Positions 9,484 to 19,687 are shown, counted from the first letter of the whole stretch. The stretch is 63,921 bases of DNA, filler included, from 7 parts of 7 records of this genome joined end to end with filler, not necessarily neighbours in it; one strand, 5' to 3'. Numbers and translations are program-made. Notes: generated from the letters alone by a model not told the origin.

Positions 9484-9830
9484 TGTTTATTATTGACTAA
9501 CATTCGTCCTCAAACTCTTATATTAACCGTATAGGTAATCGCTAGGTTTTGTAATAGAGATAACCTCTCACTTAATTGGGTAAAAGATCCTGCACAATTA
9601 CTAATATCATGCTTTTGGTTCGCAGGGACACTGGTGGAGGCAGAATATTAATTTATTGCTTTTTAAAAAGTATCGTAAATAGCAAGCGCATTTCTTCAGT
9701 AATATTTTAGATTTAAAATCTAACTTACCTTTTTTCTTGTTGAATAGATAATAAAACTTAAAATTCATATTTGTTAGTTCGTTGCAACAACTTAACTTTA
9801 TCAGCAACATTGAACAACAAAATACACATA

Positions 9831-10817
9831 ATGAAAACACTAATTTATATTACTATCTCTATTTTTTGTATTAACTCATATTCACAAGTAAATATAATTT
9901 TTGATACCGATTTTGGAGGCGACGCCGATGATTTAGGAGCATTGGTAATGCTCAACCATTTTGCAAATAATAATGAATGTAATTTGCTTGCGGTAATGAC
10001 ATGGACTACAGAAGAATATGCTGTTCCCGCTATCGATGCTGTCAACACTTTTTATGGCAATCCCAACATAAGAATCGGCGTGAGAAAAGATGGGAAGCAT
10101 TTTGAGGAGGAGAACTACTCAAAACCAATTGCAGATGCTTTTAATTCTAACGAAACATATGAGTCAGCTACAGAAGCAACATTATTATACCGTGAAATAT
10201 TATCAAAAAGTAAAAACAAGAGTGTTGTAATTGTAACTGTTGGTCCACTTAAAAACATTGAAAATTTACTTAATTCACCCGCAGATAACATTTCTCCCTT
10301 ATCTGGAAAAGAATTGGTTGAGATAAAGGTAAAGGAATTTGTAATAATGGGTGGCCGATTTCCCGAAGGCGACTGGGAATGGAATTTTTATGGAGGAATG
10401 CCTGGTGTTACCAAACGAACAATAGAAAAAATCACCGTACCTATAGTGTTTGCGGGTTACGAACTAGGTGTTGCAATACGAACTGCTGAAGTGTTCAATC
10501 AATTAGATAAAAACCACCCACTTTATATTGGATTTATGCATTTTAGCGCCAATGCACCTTGGGTTAAAAAGAATTTCAAAGGTAAAATCCTTGACAATGC
10601 CACCTTTGACCAAACAGCTGTTTTATATGCTGTGAGAAACGGCGTTGGGCTTTATTGGGATAAAATTGATAATGGTATATGTCTTCCAGATGAGGACGGT
10701 GGCAATAAATGGATTGATGAAAAAAACTCAAACCATTCTTATTTAAGGTTGAAAATGCAAAATATTGAATTAGCTAAAATCATAGATTCAATGATGCTCG
10801 GTGAACTTAAACAATAA
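9831..10817 (+). CDS. Secreted nucleoside hydrolase family protein
   Basis: Signal peptide ending SYS|Q, IIFDTDFGGDADD (DXDXXXDD), VGPLKN, VIMGG, EWNF. Confidence 0.85.
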   Translation: MKTLIYITISIFCINSYSQVNIIFDTDFGGDADDLGALVMLNHFANNNECNLLAVMTWTTEEYAVPAIDAVNTFYGNPNIRIGVRKDGKHFEEENYSKPIADAFNSNETYESATEATLLYREILSKSKNKSVVIVTVGPLKNIENLLNSPADNISPLSGKELVEIKVKEFVIMGGRFPEGDWEWNFYGGMPGVTKRTIEKITVPIVFAGYELGVAIRTAEVFNQLDKNHPLYIGFMHFSANAPWVKKNFKGKILDNATFDQTAVLYAVRNGVGLYWDKIDNGICLPDEDGGNKWIDEKNSNHSYLRLKMQNIELAKIIDSMMLGELKQ

Positions 10818-10842
10818 GAAACTTTCAAAAACTATTATTTAA

Positions 10843-11415
10843 ATGACTGAAAAAGAGAAAATGCTTAATGGTGACTTCTATGATGCGAGGGACCCAGAAT
10901 TATTAAATATGTATCACAAAGCCAGAAAACTTTTAAAAATCTATAACAATCTTGACTCTGATTTAATAAATGACAGAAATAATACACTAGCAGAACTATT
11001 CTACCACATAGGAAAAGGTGTTTGGATAGAAACTCCTTTTTTCTGTGATTACGGACAAAATATATCAATTGGCACAAATACTTTTGTTAACACAAATTGT
11101 ATGTTTCTTGATGATAACAAAATAACAATAGGCATAAATGGGTTAATTGCTCCTTATGTTCAAATTTATACTGCAACACATCCACTAAAAGCTTCTGAAC
11201 GAATTATATATAATGATACCAACTCCCGTTATCTAACATCAACAAAACCAGTTATAATTGGCGATAATGTTTGGATTGGTGGCAACTCGGTAATCTGTCC
11301 TGGTGTAACAATTGGAAACAACGTAACCATCGGAGCAGGAAGTGTTGTAACTAAAAACATTCCTGATGATGTATTGGCATTTGGAAATCCGTGCGAAATT
11401 AGGAGGAAATTGTAA
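10843..11415 (+). CDS. Maltose/galactoside O-acetyltransferase family protein
   Basis: MTEKEKMLNG, PFFCDYG, hexapeptide repeats, VWIGG...GAGSVVTK. Confidence 0.92.
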   Translation: MTEKEKMLNGDFYDARDPELLNMYHKARKLLKIYNNLDSDLINDRNNTLAELFYHIGKGVWIETPFFCDYGQNISIGTNTFVNTNCMFLDDNKITIGINGLIAPYVQIYTATHPLKASERIIYNDTNSRYLTSTKPVIIGDNVWIGGNSVICPGVTIGNNVTIGAGSVVTKNIPDDVLAFGNPCEIRRKL

Positions 11416-11628
11416 AGTATCTATTGGTATTTGTGATTTAGATTTAAATCTCGCCTCATTTTTTTAAAGACCTTAAATAATAGAATCACAGTTTCCCATA
11501 ATCCTCAGGTAAATTACAAAGCGTTAAAAACACTCTGTATCTCAAAAAAACGTTTCCCATTTGGGTGAAAATAATTCGTATATTTTGTTTAAATGGTGGT
11601 TTCATAAAAATACTTTTGAATTCAAGAG

Positions 11629-11828
11629 TTATATGAACTCATTGAATTTATCATCAAAATGCTGGTTAAACCAGTTATCAATAATTGATTTTCTGAACCG
11701 CCATTCTTTGCCCAGTTTTGCTGCAGGAATTTTTTTTCCTGTGCCCAAGTATAAATTGTTTGGGGTTTTAATCGAAGATAATCTGCCACCTCTTCCAATG
11801 TCATTATTTTATCACTATCATTTCCCAT
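11629..11828 (-). CDS. Excisionase/BldC-like small HTH DNA-binding protein; one-base frameshift in an A8 tract near 11730-11737
   Basis: IMTLEEVADYLRLKPQTIYTWAQEKK; adding one A continues as IPAAKLGKEWRFRKSIIDNWF...EFI*, a canonical HTH_17 sequence. Confidence 0.85.
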
Positions 11829-11843
11829 TCACCAATCTTCTTT

Positions 11844-12533
11844 CTATTTGCTACCCTCGATATTAAAAAGTTCACCAATTGAAGTAAATACGGCTAAGTA
11901 AAAATTACCCTCTTTTTCACGAAAAAGTTCAAATTCCATTTCACGACTACCCACAAAAGGTCTTAAGTTCCACCCAAGCTGCATACCAACAAATGCAAAA
12001 ATAATAATCCACAATTTAAAAACCTTTAATCCCAATTTGGGATAAACATTCATCTTTTCGCAGGAATGACGTAACCCCCTTACAATGGTGCGCATAGCAA
12101 AAATTCCTGAAAAGATAAGTATGACTACATGCAACAGTTTTATGAAGGCATAATTATCTCCAGTTATCATAAAAAACAAAACAATGGGTGAGAACGAAAT
12201 AGCAATAGTTGCAAACACAACAAATCCGGAGAAAACATTACCGAGCATTTGTATTAGGTTCATTTTTGAACCCAACATAAACTGAATGATATAAAATGCC
12301 GGAAAACAAATTATCAGGCTTAGAAAAACCAGCACAGGAAATTTTAAACATGTGGAAATGCTTTGAGCAAAACTGTTATAACTCCCCATTATAATACCAT
12401 AAAAAGCCATAAATACTATTATCACAATTATTTGCCTAACTAATATAGACTTGGCTAATTGCTTATCTGCTAGTGAGTCAAAATAATTATCCTCTTGTTG
12501 GAATACTTTAAAAAGGTCTACAAATTGTTTCAT
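11844..12533 (-). CDS. Conserved multi-pass membrane protein (Yip1-like topology), function unknown
   Basis: About five hydrophobic segments; FVGMQLGWNLRPFVG and GNFY motifs. Confidence 0.7.
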   Translation of the reverse strand: MKQFVDLFKVFQQEDNYFDSLADKQLAKSILVRQIIVIIVFMAFYGIIMGSYNSFAQSISTCLKFPVLVFLSLIICFPAFYIIQFMLGSKMNLIQMLGNVFSGFVVFATIAISFSPIVLFFMITGDNYAFIKLLHVVILIFSGIFAMRTIVRGLRHSCEKMNVYPKLGLKVFKLWIIIFAFVGMQLGWNLRPFVGSREMEFELFREKEGNFYLAVFTSIGELFNIEGSK

Positions 12534-12550
12534 AGTTTATTTTTTTATCA

Positions 12551-12600
12551 TACAATATTAAACAATAACAAACAGTAATAAAACTATTTTAACAATAAAA
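12551..12600. repeat. Five 10-bp-phased direct repeats (ACAATA-like) upstream of the membrane protein/HTH operon
   Basis: Consecutive decamers tACAATAtta, aACAATAaca, aACAGTAata, aaACTATttt, aACAATAaaa. Confidence 0.5.
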
Positions 12601-13230
12601 TATTGTATTAAAAACAAAAAAGTTATTTTAACAGAAAAAACATCAATTTTTAAATCTACAACAGAGAATAATACATGGGCATTGGGGCGAATATTGGTAT
12701 ATTGAGACTCACCCAGAATTACACACAATGGATTTCAATGATAAAATGGAGGAAGTAAGGTTAATTTTTAGAGTTAGTTGCATGTTTGGTGAATCGTCTC
12801 TAGAAAAGAAAAATTGCATTTCGGAGTTAATATTTTCAGAAATTAATATGATTGATCAACCAATTATTTATTAAAAAAACAAATAAAAATGACTTGCAAT
12901 TAGTACAAACAGCAATCAATTCTGTAACTTTTACTGGTATTTTACCGTTAACAAACCTCATGAGTAAATTTATGTTTGAATGTGTTTTGACTATTATGCT
13001 GTCCATACAAAGACGCAATTTATATTCTAACTTTTTACTATTAAGAATAAAAATTGTATTTAACTACAAATTCAAATAAGATATCAAACAGATACAAATG
13101 TTTATCAAAGGAATTGAGCTAATTAAAACTTAAATGCAATACGGGAGTATAATTCCAAACAAATGTTAAAAACTGCATGAGCTAGAACTCAAGCGGTTTA
13201 TTTACGTATAAAATAGATAATTTAAATAAG

Positions 13231-14217
13231 TTGTTGCGCAAGATTATATATATAAGCATTTTACTATTAATTGGATGGGGAAAATCATTTGGACAAGATC
13301 CTCAATTTTCACAGTTTTATTCCAATCCACTTTACCTTGGGCCATCATTTGCTGGCGCAATAGATGGTAGTCGTGTAACAAGTTTGTACAGGAACCAATG
13401 GCCAGGCTTACCCGTATCTTTTAGAACCATCTCATTTGGTTACGACCATTACTTCTCAAACTTTAATAGTGGGGTTGGATTATTGGTTTTGCGTGATATG
13501 GCAGGAAGCGGTGACCTTGGCGTGCTAAACTTTGGGATTCAATATTCATATAATCTTAAAGTTTTTAATACGTGGCATATTCGTCCGGGCATGCACCTAT
13601 ATTATACAGAAATGGGACTTGACTACTATAAACTTAGGTTCTATGATGATGTTTTGTCTGAAGAAACAAATACCCCAGATGTAGTAACTCCAATAGTAAA
13701 TAATAAAGCGCGCGATGTAGATTTTAGTGGTTCTATTTTAATGTATTCTGAAAGGGTATGGTTTGGAGCTACACTTGATCACATGCTAAAGCCAAATTTT
13801 TCCTGGTATGCTGATAAATATACTGTTCCTTATAAGTTAACTGCATACGGCGGGTTTTTATTGGTTAAAAACAGTAGGTTATTACGCCCCATTGACGAAA
13901 CCTTGACTTTTGCCTATCAATTTAAATATCAAAATAATCAAAAGCAACTCGACTTAGGTTTCTATTGGCATAAAATGCCACTTGTTTTAGGAATTTGGTA
14001 CAGGGGATTGCCGAAACTCAGTTACTCCAGGGGCGATGCCATAACACTTCTTGCTGGTTATAAATTAGAAAATTTCAGTGTCGGTTACAGCTACGATTTT
14101 ACTATTTCCAATATTTTACCGCAGGCATGGGGGGCACATGAATTATCTGTTGTCTTTAAATTTAACATGCCCCCTCGTAAACCAAAAAGAGGTATGGTTC
14201 CTTGTCCGGAATTTTAA
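13231..14217 (+). CDS. Type IX secretion PorP/SprF family beta-barrel protein
   Basis: GQDPQFSQFYSNPLYLGPSFAG, YRNQWP, GYSYDFTIS, GAHELS. Confidence 0.93.
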   Translation: MLRKIIYISILLLIGWGKSFGQDPQFSQFYSNPLYLGPSFAGAIDGSRVTSLYRNQWPGLPVSFRTISFGYDHYFSNFNSGVGLLVLRDMAGSGDLGVLNFGIQYSYNLKVFNTWHIRPGMHLYYTEMGLDYYKLRFYDDVLSEETNTPDVVTPIVNNKARDVDFSGSILMYSERVWFGATLDHMLKPNFSWYADKYTVPYKLTAYGGFLLVKNSRLLRPIDETLTFAYQFKYQNNQKQLDLGFYWHKMPLVLGIWYRGLPKLSYSRGDAITLLAGYKLENFSVGYSYDFTISNILPQAWGAHELSVVFKFNMPPRKPKRGMVPCPEF

Positions 14218-14380
14218 TTGTTTTTTTTCCTCCTTTTTCGATTATTCTACATCTTATTATATATTTGCGCTCACAATCAATAGAGTAAATTATTAACTAA
14301 ATGAAACTTCGATTAAATAAAAACATAGAATTATTAGTAGTAAGTTTCACGAGACCAATGAAATAATAAAAAATAGACGA

Positions 14381-14868
14381 ATGAAAAAAGGACAGCTTAT
14401 TTTTAACATCGTATTAGCGGTTGCAGTTGCAGGTTTATTTGTATTACAATTCTTACCGGGCAATCAAGAATCAAATAGTGCTTCTGATAGCACAAATAAT
14501 TCTATTTCAAAAGGTGATGGGGCAATTGCATATATCCAAATAGATTCGTTAATTAACAGCTACGATTTATTTTTTGAATTGAGGGAAAAATTCCAGGAAA
14601 AACAAAAAACATCTGAGGCAGAACTAGCATCTAGATCTAAAAAATTTGAAAACGAGTTTAAAGATTTTCAATACAAAGCAAATAAAGGATTAATAACCCG
14701 TTCAACGGCACAACAAATGCAACAGGATTTAGCCCTCGAAGAACAAAACCTGCTTCGTTTAAGAGATCAGCTTACCATGGAATTAGCCGAAGAAGAACAG
14801 GTTATGAACCGTCAGATTATTGAAGATATTACACAATATTTAAAAGAATTTAATCAAGACAAAAAATA
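14381..14868 (+). CDS. OmpH/Skp family chaperone, truncated by contig end
   Basis: N-terminal membrane anchor, IAYIQIDSLINSY, then coiled coil. Confidence 0.85.
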
Positions 14869-14968
14869 NNNNNNNNNNNNNNNNNNNNNNNNNNNNNNNN
14901 NNNNNNNNNNNNTTAATTAATTAANNNNNNNNNNNNNNNNNNNNNNNNNNNNNNNNNNNNNNNNNNNN
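14869..14968. other. Artificial contig spacer
   Basis: N44-TTAATTAATTAA-N44. Confidence 0.99.
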
Positions 14969-14993
14969 TTTTGTAAGGCTCAGGAGAAAGCTT

Positions 14994-15503
14994 ATGCTAA
15001 AAAAAATTGGACTATTGATAATAATAATTATATCCATACATCTTGCAATAATTAATTTTTTCAAAATTGAATATTTGCAAGATATAGAAGAGTTGAGTGT
15101 TAAATATGATGTTAATAAGGAGCTCATACTTTCTATAATAAAAGTGGAGAGTAACTTTAAAGCAAAGATAGTGTCTTATAAAGGAGCTGTTGGTTTAATG
15201 CAGGTCATGCCTTCAACGGCAAATTGGATTTTGAAAAAAGCAGGGAAAAATCCTCAACGCTATAATTTATATAATGTTCGTGACAACTTGGAGATAGGTA
15301 TGCTATACTATGCTTATCTAAGTAGAAAGTTTGATGGAAACATAACTAAGGTTATTATTGCTTATAATGCAGGAGCCTCCAGAGTTTATGATGAATCGTG
15401 GAAAGAAATTAAAGAAACCAGGCACTATGTTTATAAGATTAAAATATCAAGATTTTTTTATAAATATCGACTATTGACTGAAAAAATAAAAAATAAATTC
15501 TAG
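14994..15503 (+). CDS. Lytic transglycosylase (SLT domain)
   Basis: IIKVESNF, GAVGLMQVMPSTA, AYNAG. Confidence 0.92.
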   Translation: MLKKIGLLIIIIISIHLAIINFFKIEYLQDIEELSVKYDVNKELILSIIKVESNFKAKIVSYKGAVGLMQVMPSTANWILKKAGKNPQRYNLYNVRDNLEIGMLYYAYLSRKFDGNITKVIIAYNAGASRVYDESWKEIKETRHYVYKIKISRFFYKYRLLTEKIKNKF

Positions 15504-15544
15504 AAATTTTTACTAATGTTTTTAATATATATTTAGGAGGAATT

Positions 15545-15787
15545 GTGGGCGAAAGAATCGCAACCTTATCAATATTTATAGAGGAAAAAGAAAGTGTTTC
15601 AAAGGTGAATGATATATTGTCAGGTTTTTCTAAAATAATAATTTCACGTATGGGAATACCCTATCGTGAAAGGAAAATCTCAGTAATTGTTTTGATACTA
15701 GATGGAACAAATGAAGACATTGGAGCTCTCTCAGGGAAGATAGGAAACCTAAGGGGAGTATCTGTAAAAACAGCAATGAAAAAATAA
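15545..15787 (+). CDS. TM1266-family iron-only hydrogenase system putative regulator (ACT/NikR-C-like fold)
   Basis: RIATLSIFIE...VNDILS...IISRMGIPYRE...IGALSGKIGNLRGVSVK. AGGAGG RBS before a GTG start; sits upstream of hydG. Confidence 0.88.
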   Translation: MGERIATLSIFIEEKESVSKVNDILSGFSKIIISRMGIPYRERKISVIVLILDGTNEDIGALSGKIGNLRGVSVKTAMKK

Positions 15788-15789
15788 TA

Positions 15790-15940
15790 TAGACAGTCCT
15801 AATTACAAGGAGTTACTCTAAGTAAAAGGGAGGTTAAGTATAATCAGTGTGTTTCTTCTTTTTTTACAAAATAAAGATATTTTTTTCACACACAGATTGA
15901 ATTGAACCCTTCTAATTTACTTAGAAAGGGTTTTTTATTT
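15790..15940 (+). promoter_or_regulatory. Putative transcription attenuator (5' hairpin / antiterminator / terminator) upstream of hydG
   Basis: Terminator AACCCTTCTAA-TTTAC-TTAGAAAGGGTT-TTTTATTTT at 15905-15940. Segment 15818-15852 is complementary to 15888-15924. A 5' hairpin lies at 15790-15820. Confidence 0.65.
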
Positions 15941-15995
15941 TATATATAAAAACTCTTTCAGAAATAAGTTTAAAATTTTAAATGGAGGTTATAAA

Positions 15996-17414
15996 ATGGA
16001 AAAGTCATGGAGAGAAGAAGTGAAAAAAGAGAGTTTTATCAATGGGGAATTAATCAACAAATTATTGGATGGAACAAAAGAAGTTAGTGATGAAAGATTT
16101 GAACAAGTTATGGAAAGAGCTAAAAAACAAGAAAGACTAAGTTTAGGAGAAACAGCGTTATTATTAAACATAACTGATGAAAGTAAAATTAATAGAATTT
16201 TTAACTTAGCAAGAGATATAAAAGAGAGAGTGTATGGAAACAGAGTAGTATTATTTGCTCCACTTTATTTAGGAAATAAATGTACTAACCTTTGTACTTA
16301 TTGTGGTTTTAAAGCGACAAATGAAGATACTATTAGAAAAACACTTAATCTTGCTGAAGAGAAAAAAGAGATAGAAGCATTGGTGGACGAAGGACATAAA
16401 AGATTAATCATGGTATATGGAACTCATCCAGATTACTCAGCCGATTATATTGCTCAAACAGTTGAAAAAGCCTATTCTGTAAAAAATGGAAATGGTGAGA
16501 TTAGAAGGGTAAACATTAATGCCTGTCCTATGAATGTTGATGATTATAAAATTGTTAAGGACTCTGGAATAGGAACATATCAAATTTTCCAAGAGACATA
16601 CCATGAAGAAACATATAAAAAAGTTCATGTAGCTGGTGAAAAGTCAAACTTTAAATGGAGACTATTTGGACTAAGTAGAGCTATGGAAGCTGGAATAGAT
16701 GACGTAGGAATAGGAGCATTATTTGGACTTTATAAATGGAAATTTGAAGTAATGGGATTAATGCAACATGTTGAACACTTAGAAAAAGAGTATGGAGTAG
16801 GACCACATACAATTTCATTCCCAAGGCTAAATGAAGCAAATGGTGCAGTTAAAGATCCAGAATACATGGTTGGCGATAATGAGTTAAAAAGAATAATTGC
16901 AATTTTAAGATTAGCAGTACCTTACACGGGCTTAATTTTAACAGCAAGAGAAAATGCGGAAGTAAGAAAAGAGTGTATGGAACTAGGTGTATCTCAAATT
17001 GATGCTGGAACACAAATAGAACTTCAGGGTTACTCTAAGCACAAAAAAGATCAGGATTTAAAAAAAGAGCAATTTAAAATAGGTGATAGTAGAAGTCTTG
17101 ATGAAGTGATGAGAGAATTAATGAAAAATGGTTTTACTCCTTCATTTTGTACAGCCTGTTATAGATTAGGTAGAACGGGAGAGCACTTCATGGAGTTCTC
17201 AAAACCAGGATTTATTCATAATTTTTGTACTCCAAATGCTGTATTAACCTTAGCAGAATATTTAGAAGATTATGCAAGTGAATCTACAAAAGAGGTTGGG
17301 TATGATTTAATAGAAGGTGAGATTGAAAAAGCGGAGCTTGCAGAAAATGTTAAGAAAACTTTAGTAGAAAAATTAGATAAAATCAAAACTGGATCAAGAG
17401 ATTTATATTATTAA
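15996..17414 (+). CDS. hydG: [FeFe]-hydrogenase H-cluster radical SAM maturase HydG
   Basis: YGNRVVLFAPLY, CTNLCTYC, GPHTISFPR, C-terminal CTACY...C (CX2CX22C), GSRDLYY. Confidence 0.95.
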   Translation: MEKSWREEVKKESFINGELINKLLDGTKEVSDERFEQVMERAKKQERLSLGETALLLNITDESKINRIFNLARDIKERVYGNRVVLFAPLYLGNKCTNLCTYCGFKATNEDTIRKTLNLAEEKKEIEALVDEGHKRLIMVYGTHPDYSADYIAQTVEKAYSVKNGNGEIRRVNINACPMNVDDYKIVKDSGIGTYQIFQETYHEETYKKVHVAGEKSNFKWRLFGLSRAMEAGIDDVGIGALFGLYKWKFEVMGLMQHVEHLEKEYGVGPHTISFPRLNEANGAVKDPEYMVGDNELKRIIAILRLAVPYTGLILTARENAEVRKECMELGVSQIDAGTQIELQGYSKHKKDQDLKKEQFKIGDSRSLDEVMRELMKNGFTPSFCTACYRLGRTGEHFMEFSKPGFIHNFCTPNAVLTLAEYLEDYASESTKEVGYDLIEGEIEKAELAENVKKTLVEKLDKIKTGSRDLYY

Positions 17415-17430
17415 GGAAGGGTTGACCTAA

Positions 17431-17658
17431 ATGAATATAGAGAGTATAAAAACTAAAATTACTGCCATTATGGGAAATCAATCAGGAAAAATATTAACTG
17501 CTAAAAAAATTGGGAAAAGAAATGAATACCTATTTTCAATTGGTGAAACTAACTATGGAACTCAGGAGATAATATTTGAGAATGAGCAGATAATAGTTTT
17601 CGGTGAAGAACTTCTTGAGTCAGTAAAATTAGAATTAATTGAAAATTTAAAAAACTAA
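17431..17658 (+). CDS. Small hypothetical protein (75 aa)
   Basis: Tightly packed between hydG and aspA with 14-16 nt gaps and a purine-rich RBS. Confidence 0.6.
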   Translation: MNIESIKTKITAIMGNQSGKILTAKKIGKRNEYLFSIGETNYGTQEIIFENEQIIVFGEELLESVKLELIENLKN

Positions 17659-17672
17659 TTATAGGAGTAGTT

Positions 17673-19004
17673 ATGGAATTTAGATTGGAGAAAGATAGTT
17701 TAGGGCAGTTAAAAATAGAAGAAACAAAATATTATGGAATCCATACTGCGAGAGCTATCGAAAATTTTCAACATAAAGGAAAATTAACTAATATTGAGCT
17801 AATAAAAGCTTTGGCAGTGGTTAAAATTGCAGCTGCGGAAGCAAATTATAAAGCAGGTAAATTAAGTAATACAAAAAAAGATATAATAACAAGTTCTGCA
17901 AATGAAATATATGCAGGTAAATATGATTTTGACTTTCCTATTACAGCCTTGCAAGGCGGTGCAGGAACCTCTGTTAATATGAATATCAATGAGGTTATTG
18001 CAAATATAGGCCTTGAAAAGTTAGGCAAAAAAGGTGAGTATGAGTTTCTTCATCCAATAGAGGATATTAACCTAAGTCAATCAACGAATGATGTTTATCC
18101 CACTGCTGCAAAGATAGCAATCATAAAAATTCTGAGAGAACTCATTAATGAAATAATGGAACTTCAAAACTCGCTTCAGGAAAAAGAACAAGAGTTTTCG
18201 AGTATATTTAAAATTGGAAGAACTCAATATCAAGATGCAGTACCAATAACTTTAGGTCAAGAGTTTTCTGCATATGCAGAGGCTGTCTCGAGAGATAGAT
18301 GGAGATTATATAAAATCGAGGAAAGAATAAGAAGGATAAATATTGGTGGAACAGCAATAGGTACAGGTGTTGGGGCGAATTTAAAGTATCGATACTATGT
18401 AAGTGAAGAGTTGAAAAGACTAACTGGTTTTGGACTTGCAAGAGCAGAAAATTTAATAGATGCCACTCAAAATTTGGACGCCTTTGTTGAAGTATCAGGA
18501 CTTCTCAAGTCACTTGCAGTTAACCTTAATAAAGTTGCAAAGGATTTACGTTTAATGTCCAGCGGACCAAATGCTGGTTTAAATGAAATAAATCTGCCAG
18601 AGCTACAGGTAGGGTCAAGTATAATGCCTGGAAAAGTTAACCCTGTTGGTGCAGAATTTATGCAGCAAATCTATTATAAGGTTATGGCTAATGATTTAAT
18701 GCTTACAATGGCTTGTGCTGATGGTGAGTTTGAGCTTAATGCAATGATTCCAGTTGTTGTTGAGGCAATACTTGAAAGTTTAGAGCTTCTTCGTGATGGA
18801 ATCAAGATATTTACATACAAGGTAATAAAGGGAATTACTGTAAATGAAGATATTTGTAAAAAATACCTTGAAAATAGTCTAACAAGAGCGACTGAACTAA
18901 TAGATAAATTAGGTTATGAAAAGTTAACGGAGATACTTAAAGAGAGTCAAAAAACAGGAAAAAGTTATATTGAGATAATTGAAGAGAAAGAGCTGTTGAA
19001 ATAA
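17673..19004 (+). CDS. aspA: Aspartate ammonia-lyase
   Basis: RLEKDSLG, QGGAGTSVNMN, SQSTND, GSSIMPGKVNP. Confidence 0.92.
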   Translation: MEFRLEKDSLGQLKIEETKYYGIHTARAIENFQHKGKLTNIELIKALAVVKIAAAEANYKAGKLSNTKKDIITSSANEIYAGKYDFDFPITALQGGAGTSVNMNINEVIANIGLEKLGKKGEYEFLHPIEDINLSQSTNDVYPTAAKIAIIKILRELINEIMELQNSLQEKEQEFSSIFKIGRTQYQDAVPITLGQEFSAYAEAVSRDRWRLYKIEERIRRINIGGTAIGTGVGANLKYRYYVSEELKRLTGFGLARAENLIDATQNLDAFVEVSGLLKSLAVNLNKVAKDLRLMSSGPNAGLNEINLPELQVGSSIMPGKVNPVGAEFMQQIYYKVMANDLMLTMACADGEFELNAMIPVVVEAILESLELLRDGIKIFTYKVIKGITVNEDICKKYLENSLTRATELIDKLGYEKLTEILKESQKTGKSYIEIIEEKELLK

Positions 19005-19043
19005 TTAACAAAACCTTGTTTAATTTAAACGAGGTTTTGTTAA
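19005..19043 (+). terminator. Hairpin terminator after aspA
   Basis: TTAACAAAACCTTGTTTA...TAAACGAGGTTTTGTTAA inverted repeat. Confidence 0.75.
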
Positions 19044-19209
19044 TGTAAACTTTTAATATTTTATGTACCGAAAAAACATGTTAGTTTTTTTCTGTTTGAC
19101 ATATAGAAAATTTGGTAAAATTTCGAAAAAAAGGAAAATTATGGACATAAGGGGTAGAAATAGAAAAAGACACGTGTTATAATACTAGTAAAGAGATTTA
19201 GGAGAATTT

Positions 19210-19668
19210 ATGATTAGTTTAATAGCTGCTTTAGATTCGAACAATTTAATTGGGTGCAACTCTGGTCTTCCATGGAATATTAAGGAAGATTTGCAAAATT
19301 TCAAAAAACTAACATTGAATCATACAATAGTCATGGGAAGAAAAACTTTTGAAAGTATAGGCAGACCATTACCTAAAAGAAGAAATGTTGTTTTGACTAG
19401 AAGTAAAAGCTATAAGGTCGATGGAATAGAGATTGTAAATAGTTTAGAAGAGATGTATAGAATTTTAACCGAGGAAGAAATATTTATTGTTGGTGGAAGT
19501 GAGATTTATAAAAAGACCTTACCAATTGCAGACAGACTTTACCTTTCGCATATTAAAGGAGAATTTGAAGGAGATAGATATTTTCCAAAAATTAATTATA
19601 CGATGTGGAAAGTTGTTGAGGTAAAAGAGTTTGATAAGTTCACTTTCAAAGTTTATGAGAGAGTATAA
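19210..19668 (+). CDS. folA: Dihydrofolate reductase
   Basis: LPWNIKEDLQNFK, MGRKTFESIGRPLPKRRNVVL, VGGSEIY, GDRYFP. Extended -10 TGTTATAAT upstream. Confidence 0.95.
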   Translation: MISLIAALDSNNLIGCNSGLPWNIKEDLQNFKKLTLNHTIVMGRKTFESIGRPLPKRRNVVLTRSKSYKVDGIEIVNSLEEMYRILTEEEIFIVGGSEIYKKTLPIADRLYLSHIKGEFEGDRYFPKINYTMWKVVEVKEFDKFTFKVYERV

Positions 19669-19687
19669 TAAGTAAGGAGAGAGAAAA

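Noticed and set aside
11629-11828. Prophage or ICE excisionase
   Set aside because: No integrase, att site, tRNA or phage genes nearby; it sits in a two-gene operon with a membrane protein.
12632-12873. Start-less open frame (...HGHWGEYWYIETHPELHTMDF...) in the long gap before porP
   Set aside because: It looks protein-like but has no convincing start or recognisable family; at best an unassignable remnant.
15788-15940. T-box or leader-peptide attenuator upstream of hydG
   Set aside because: Too short for a T-box stem I, no UGGN-ACC antiterminator bulge, and no leader ORF enriched in a regulatory codon.
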